DNA of 64,000 nucleotides from Candidatus Melainabacteria bacterium 17Bon1m (GTDB lineage Bacteria > Cyanobacteriota > Vampirovibrionia > Obscuribacterales > Obscuribacteraceae), in the NCBI GenBank assembly GCA_032128875.1, contig JAVLKG010000012.1:1-64000 (forward strand), read 5' to 3'. This document shows positions 60,513 to 64,000 of the stretch, piece after piece. Made by a program: the position numbers and the translations under genes. The first letter of the stretch is position 1. The number at the start of each line of letters is the position of its first letter. The notes under the pieces are model-generated. The model saw only the letters and a list, made by a program, of their open reading frames with translations. It had not been told where the DNA came from and ran no database searches.

Positions 60513-62000
60513 ATGCGTTTTCTTTCGGTAAGTATTGCTTTTGCTCTAACGGTCTCTTTAGCACCGTTAGCCATGGCGAAGGGAAAACAGCAAGTAAATG
60601 CAGACTGGCGTTCTGCGTACGTTGAAGGTGAACGGAAGCTGAAAACACAAGAGTTGGAAGCTGCGGAAGCGGCTTTTTCTGAAGCTCTGCGTAATGTCAA
60701 AAGCAATAAGAATAGCAGTCCCGATGATGTGGCACTGTGTTACCAAAGTCTGGCGAGCGCTCACTATCAGCACGATCGGTTTTATGAACTGGTAGTTCCG
60801 TTGTACAAAAAAGCAATTAGCGTTCTTGAAAAAGCCTATGGGAAGGAAACACCAAAACTAGCAGCACCACTCGCTGCCTATGCAGCAGTCCGCGAGGACG
60901 AAGGCGATTACAAATCTGCTCAAAAACTGCTGGCAAGATCGCTTGCGATTGTAGAAAAATCTGACGGCAAGAATAGTCTCGTATACGCCGACCATTTGCA
61001 CCGGTTGGGTCGGGTGAATTTCCGACTCGGGCTGCCGATGAAGGCCGAGCAAATGTATTACCAGTCATTAGTCACATTGATGAGTCAAAAAGTTTTGCCT
61101 TCTAGTGAAATTATTGAGCAGCAATTGGCTGATTACATAGACTTGCTAACTAAGGTAGAAAATCGTGGCAAGATTCTCAACTCTGCTTTTCAAAAGGAGT
61201 TGCTGAAGGATACTCTTGGTTCTGTCGACAGAACACAGGGAGTTTCCGCTTCCGTCTTTAATAAAGAAGTCTCTTCGAGATTGGCAAATTCAGCTGCTAA
61301 CAAAGAAGAGAGCAGAATCTTCGATACTGTCCCTCCTGTGGTAGCTAACACCGCGATTACTCCAGACAGACCGATGTCTGATTTCGCCGCACTTGAAGAA
61401 ATCAATAAGCAAAGAGTCTCATTTTATGAGCGTATGATTTCGACTGACATACTTTCGCTAGGCGTTGATCATCCCAGTGTGGCGCGAGACCTAAGTGGGT
61501 TGGCTGCGTTGTATTTATCTCAGCGCAAGTTTGACGAAGCGAAGCCATTGCTCCTAAAGGCGCTTGCAATTTACGAAAAATCATATACATCCGAAGCGAG
61601 TATGATCAAGCGCACGAAGGCGCTATTGCAGTTGATTGACGACGAGCAAAACCCGCAGTCTCCAGCCAACTCATCTGTGATTGCCGACTATACTTCAAGT
61701 CTCCCGGCTGTTCCTCTTGCTGCACAAAAGTTGGAAATCGCACTGCGTTTGAACAGACTTGCCTTCATGAATTACTGTCAGGGCAAAATGAATAACGCTG
61801 AGCAGATTTATTCGTGGGCTATCGCAAGCACTGCAAAGTCTGCTGGTGAACAGAGTCTCTTAGCTGCATCTTGTTTGTTTGATTACAGCCGCGTATTGCG
61901 CAGTACTGGAAAACAAGCTGATGCAGAAACTATGGACAATACCGCGCAAGCAATATTGCGTCGTTCAATTTCGCAAAGCGCCGCGAGATCTTTTCCATAA
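60513..62000 (+). CDS. Exported TPR protein, paralog of 51898-53514
   Basis: Signal peptide; LGVDHPSVARDLSGLAALY; YSWAIAST. Confidence 0.85.
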   Translation: MRFLSVSIAFALTVSLAPLAMAKGKQQVNADWRSAYVEGERKLKTQELEAAEAAFSEALRNVKSNKNSSPDDVALCYQSLASAHYQHDRFYELVVPLYKKAISVLEKAYGKETPKLAAPLAAYAAVREDEGDYKSAQKLLARSLAIVEKSDGKNSLVYADHLHRLGRVNFRLGLPMKAEQMYYQSLVTLMSQKVLPSSEIIEQQLADYIDLLTKVENRGKILNSAFQKELLKDTLGSVDRTQGVSASVFNKEVSSRLANSAANKEESRIFDTVPPVVANTAITPDRPMSDFAALEEINKQRVSFYERMISTDILSLGVDHPSVARDLSGLAALYLSQRKFDEAKPLLLKALAIYEKSYTSEASMIKRTKALLQLIDDEQNPQSPANSSVIADYTSSLPAVPLAAQKLEIALRLNRLAFMNYCQGKMNNAEQIYSWAIASTAKSAGEQSLLAASCLFDYSRVLRSTGKQADAETMDNTAQAILRRSISQSAARSFP

Positions 62001-62046
62001 ACTTTGCGAAAGAGCGACGCCATCCGTCGCCGCCGCAGTCTGACAG

Positions 62047-63153
62047 CTACTGAACTTTTCCGCGCGCAGTGAGTCTCCACACGTTTTCGATCCTGCCACC
62101 ACGATGGCAGTAATAATAGTCGTGCAAATTTACAGTGGTATCAATGTGGCTCGGAATGAGTTCTACTCTGTCACCAATTTCGAGCTTCAACTTGCTGTTG
62201 CTGCTGCTCTCTATTATGCCGTGTTCGTCTCCTGCCGGGCGATAGGTCATGTTGGTATGAGACTTTAACTCAGCATTTCCTGAGTCTGTAGAAAGCGATT
62301 TAAAACCTGCATCAATAACACATCTGTTTTCTGTGGGTTTGCTGATCACAGTAGAAACCACAGTTAGCGCATTCTCATATCGCTGCCCGATCGCACGACG
62401 GTATGCACCGTCCATAAAGACAAAACTTCCAGGTTGCACTTCATTTGCGCCAGCCTCGACGCAATACTCGGACGTGCCAGTGCCGCCAGTTGTGATCACA
62501 TCAATTTTGTGACCATTCTGCCTGAGCAACGACACTGTGCTCATAAGTTTTTCCATAGACTCTGCGCACAGCCTTTTTCTCTCAGCCTCGTCTGTCAGTA
62601 ATTGAAGATGCCCTTCATAGCCTTGTATACCAATCAGTTTCAGATTTGGCTGCTTCGATATTTCATTGGCGATCTGCAAAGCAGGCTCCCCAGGCTCTAC
62701 TCCTGCGCGATTTTGCCCGACGTTTAATTCAAGTAGTACGGCAAGTTGCACGCCAGCATTTTTAGCAGCGTTTTGAATTGCGCTCGCACCGACCGCACTG
62801 TCTATTACAACTTTGACCTGAGCATGTTTTGCAATCAGCTTTTGCAGACGTTCCAACTTTGGCGAGCCAATTATCTCCGTCGTAATTAAGATGTCTTCGA
62901 TGCCTGCCGCCGCCATCACTTCAGCTTCTGACAGTTTTGCAACGCAGACTCCGTTGGCTCCAGCGGCAAGCAGTAATTTTGCAAATTCCGGGCTCTTTAC
63001 GGTTTTTAAATGCGGCCGCACTTTGACATTGCTGCCACTAAATTTTGTGAAGAGTGTCTTCAGATTTTTCTCGACTAGATCCATATCAACAATCAAACAC
63101 GGTGTGTCAATCAGGTCGATCGATATTCCTTTCTCAATTGTTGATGACGTCAT
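62047..63153 (-). CDS. DSD1/D-threonine aldolase family PLP enzyme
   Basis: DTPCL, RPHLKT, RAGV, GYEGH, GGTGT, EVQPGSF, DAGFKS, DEHG, IPSHID. Confidence 0.9.
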   Translation of the reverse strand: MTSSTIEKGISIDLIDTPCLIVDMDLVEKNLKTLFTKFSGSNVKVRPHLKTVKSPEFAKLLLAAGANGVCVAKLSEAEVMAAAGIEDILITTEIIGSPKLERLQKLIAKHAQVKVVIDSAVGASAIQNAAKNAGVQLAVLLELNVGQNRAGVEPGEPALQIANEISKQPNLKLIGIQGYEGHLQLLTDEAERKRLCAESMEKLMSTVSLLRQNGHKIDVITTGGTGTSEYCVEAGANEVQPGSFVFMDGAYRRAIGQRYENALTVVSTVISKPTENRCVIDAGFKSLSTDSGNAELKSHTNMTYRPAGDEHGIIESSSNSKLKLEIGDRVELIPSHIDTTVNLHDYYYCHRGGRIENVWRLTARGKVQ

Positions 63154-63161
63154 TTCCTTCC

Positions 63162-64000
63162 TCAGTAGCCGGTTACTTTCTTGAATGCCAAAACACATTT
63201 CACAAGTTTTGCCGGACCGCCACGATACACAAAGTATCTGCTTTCCCAAACGGGATCGAACTTTTGCTTGTACTTTTGGAGTCCCTTGTATGAAAAACCC
63301 TTGTTGAGATGTTCGCACAGTTGATAGAGGGCGCGCTCTTTCAATGATGCATCTGGGTTGTCGCCTACACCCGACAGTGCAGCCAATCCAAGATTGAAAT
63401 AACTATAGCCACGCTCTTTGTACGCTTGCAAGAGCTTAAGGAATAGGTAGTCCATGGTGCCTGATGGAACTTCATTGCGGTGACGCATCAGGTCGATCGT
63501 GATTTCTCCTGGATAGTACGATTTTGCTTCGTTGACAAAAGCAATCGATTTTCCTTCCGCATTGTTTAAGCAGATAAGAGGAGTTGTTTGTATGTAGGAT
63601 CTTTCAAAGCGTCCGAGGGTAAAGTTGTGTTCTCCGCGACCTGGAAGTGCGAGCCACTCATTAGAGATAGATTCAACAGTATCCATGAGTTCAGGCGAAT
63701 GGGGCGGCTCATGGCGTACTAGTTCAAACCCTTTGAATTTATTTTCTTTTCCTTTGAAGTCTTTTTTCTTGATTGTTTCGGTGGTGAATTTGTTGATATC
63801 AACTCTTGCCTCTTCGCCGATTTTTACTTCTTCAAATCCCAGGGATTTATAGAGCGGCAAGCACTCTGGTTCTGCCTGAAGAAAGCACAACAGCCACCCG
63901 CTGTCGGTGACCCAATCCACAAATTCCTGAAGAGCAATCTTCAGCTCTTCTTCCGGGCCCACCGGATCTGCGAGCGCTACAACTACATCGTTAGCAATGC
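63162..64000 (-). CDS. MprF-like aminoacyl-phosphatidylglycerol synthase C-terminal domain (partial; 5' end beyond the window)
   Basis: IGEEA, IDLMRH, GTMDYLF, FNLGLA, YKGLQKYKQKFDPVWESRY. Confidence 0.88.
   Translation of the reverse strand, partial: IANDVVVALADPVGPEEELKIALQEFVDWVTDSGWLLCFLQAEPECLPLYKSLGFEEVKIGEEARVDINKFTTETIKKKDFKGKENKFKGFELVRHEPPHSPELMDTVESISNEWLALPGRGEHNFTLGRFERSYIQTTPLICLNNAEGKSIAFVNEAKSYYPGEITIDLMRHRNEVPSGTMDYLFLKLLQAYKERGYSYFNLGLAALSGVGDNPDASLKERALYQLCEHLNKGFSYKGLQKYKQKFDPVWESRYFVYRGGPAKLVKCVLAFKKVTGY

Overview
Bacterial chromosomal window. Gene content (many TPR proteins, a doubled sensor kinase, Rhs, low-complexity proteins) resembles Melainabacteria/Vampirovibrionia, but this is a tentative inference. 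In order: (1) an IS3-family element running off the left edge, inserted in an orphan rhs fragment, then a HExxH/TPR gene, a 1869-aa transglutaminase-like/Rhs protein and a small YD protein; (2) an orphan OmpR-family regulator and hypothetical genes; (3) a co-oriented island (about 16.4-25.5 kb, minus strand) of small ORFans plus an alpha/beta hydrolase, a PIG-L deacetylase and a PPDK-like protein whose pyruvate-binding barrel is replaced by an unrecognised domain; (4) esterase, MocR-like, LysM and amidase-like genes sharing a 29-bp upstream motif found 7 times; (5) a tandem histidine kinase with complementary defects in its two halves; (6) a metB-like/lysC operon behind an unannotated Thr/Met-rich leader peptide with attenuator structure; (7) two RND efflux loci, patatin, TPR paralogs, a DSD1-family enzyme and a partial MprF-like gene. 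No tRNA, rRNA or CRISPR array was seen. All assignments come from motif recognition by eye; no searches were run.
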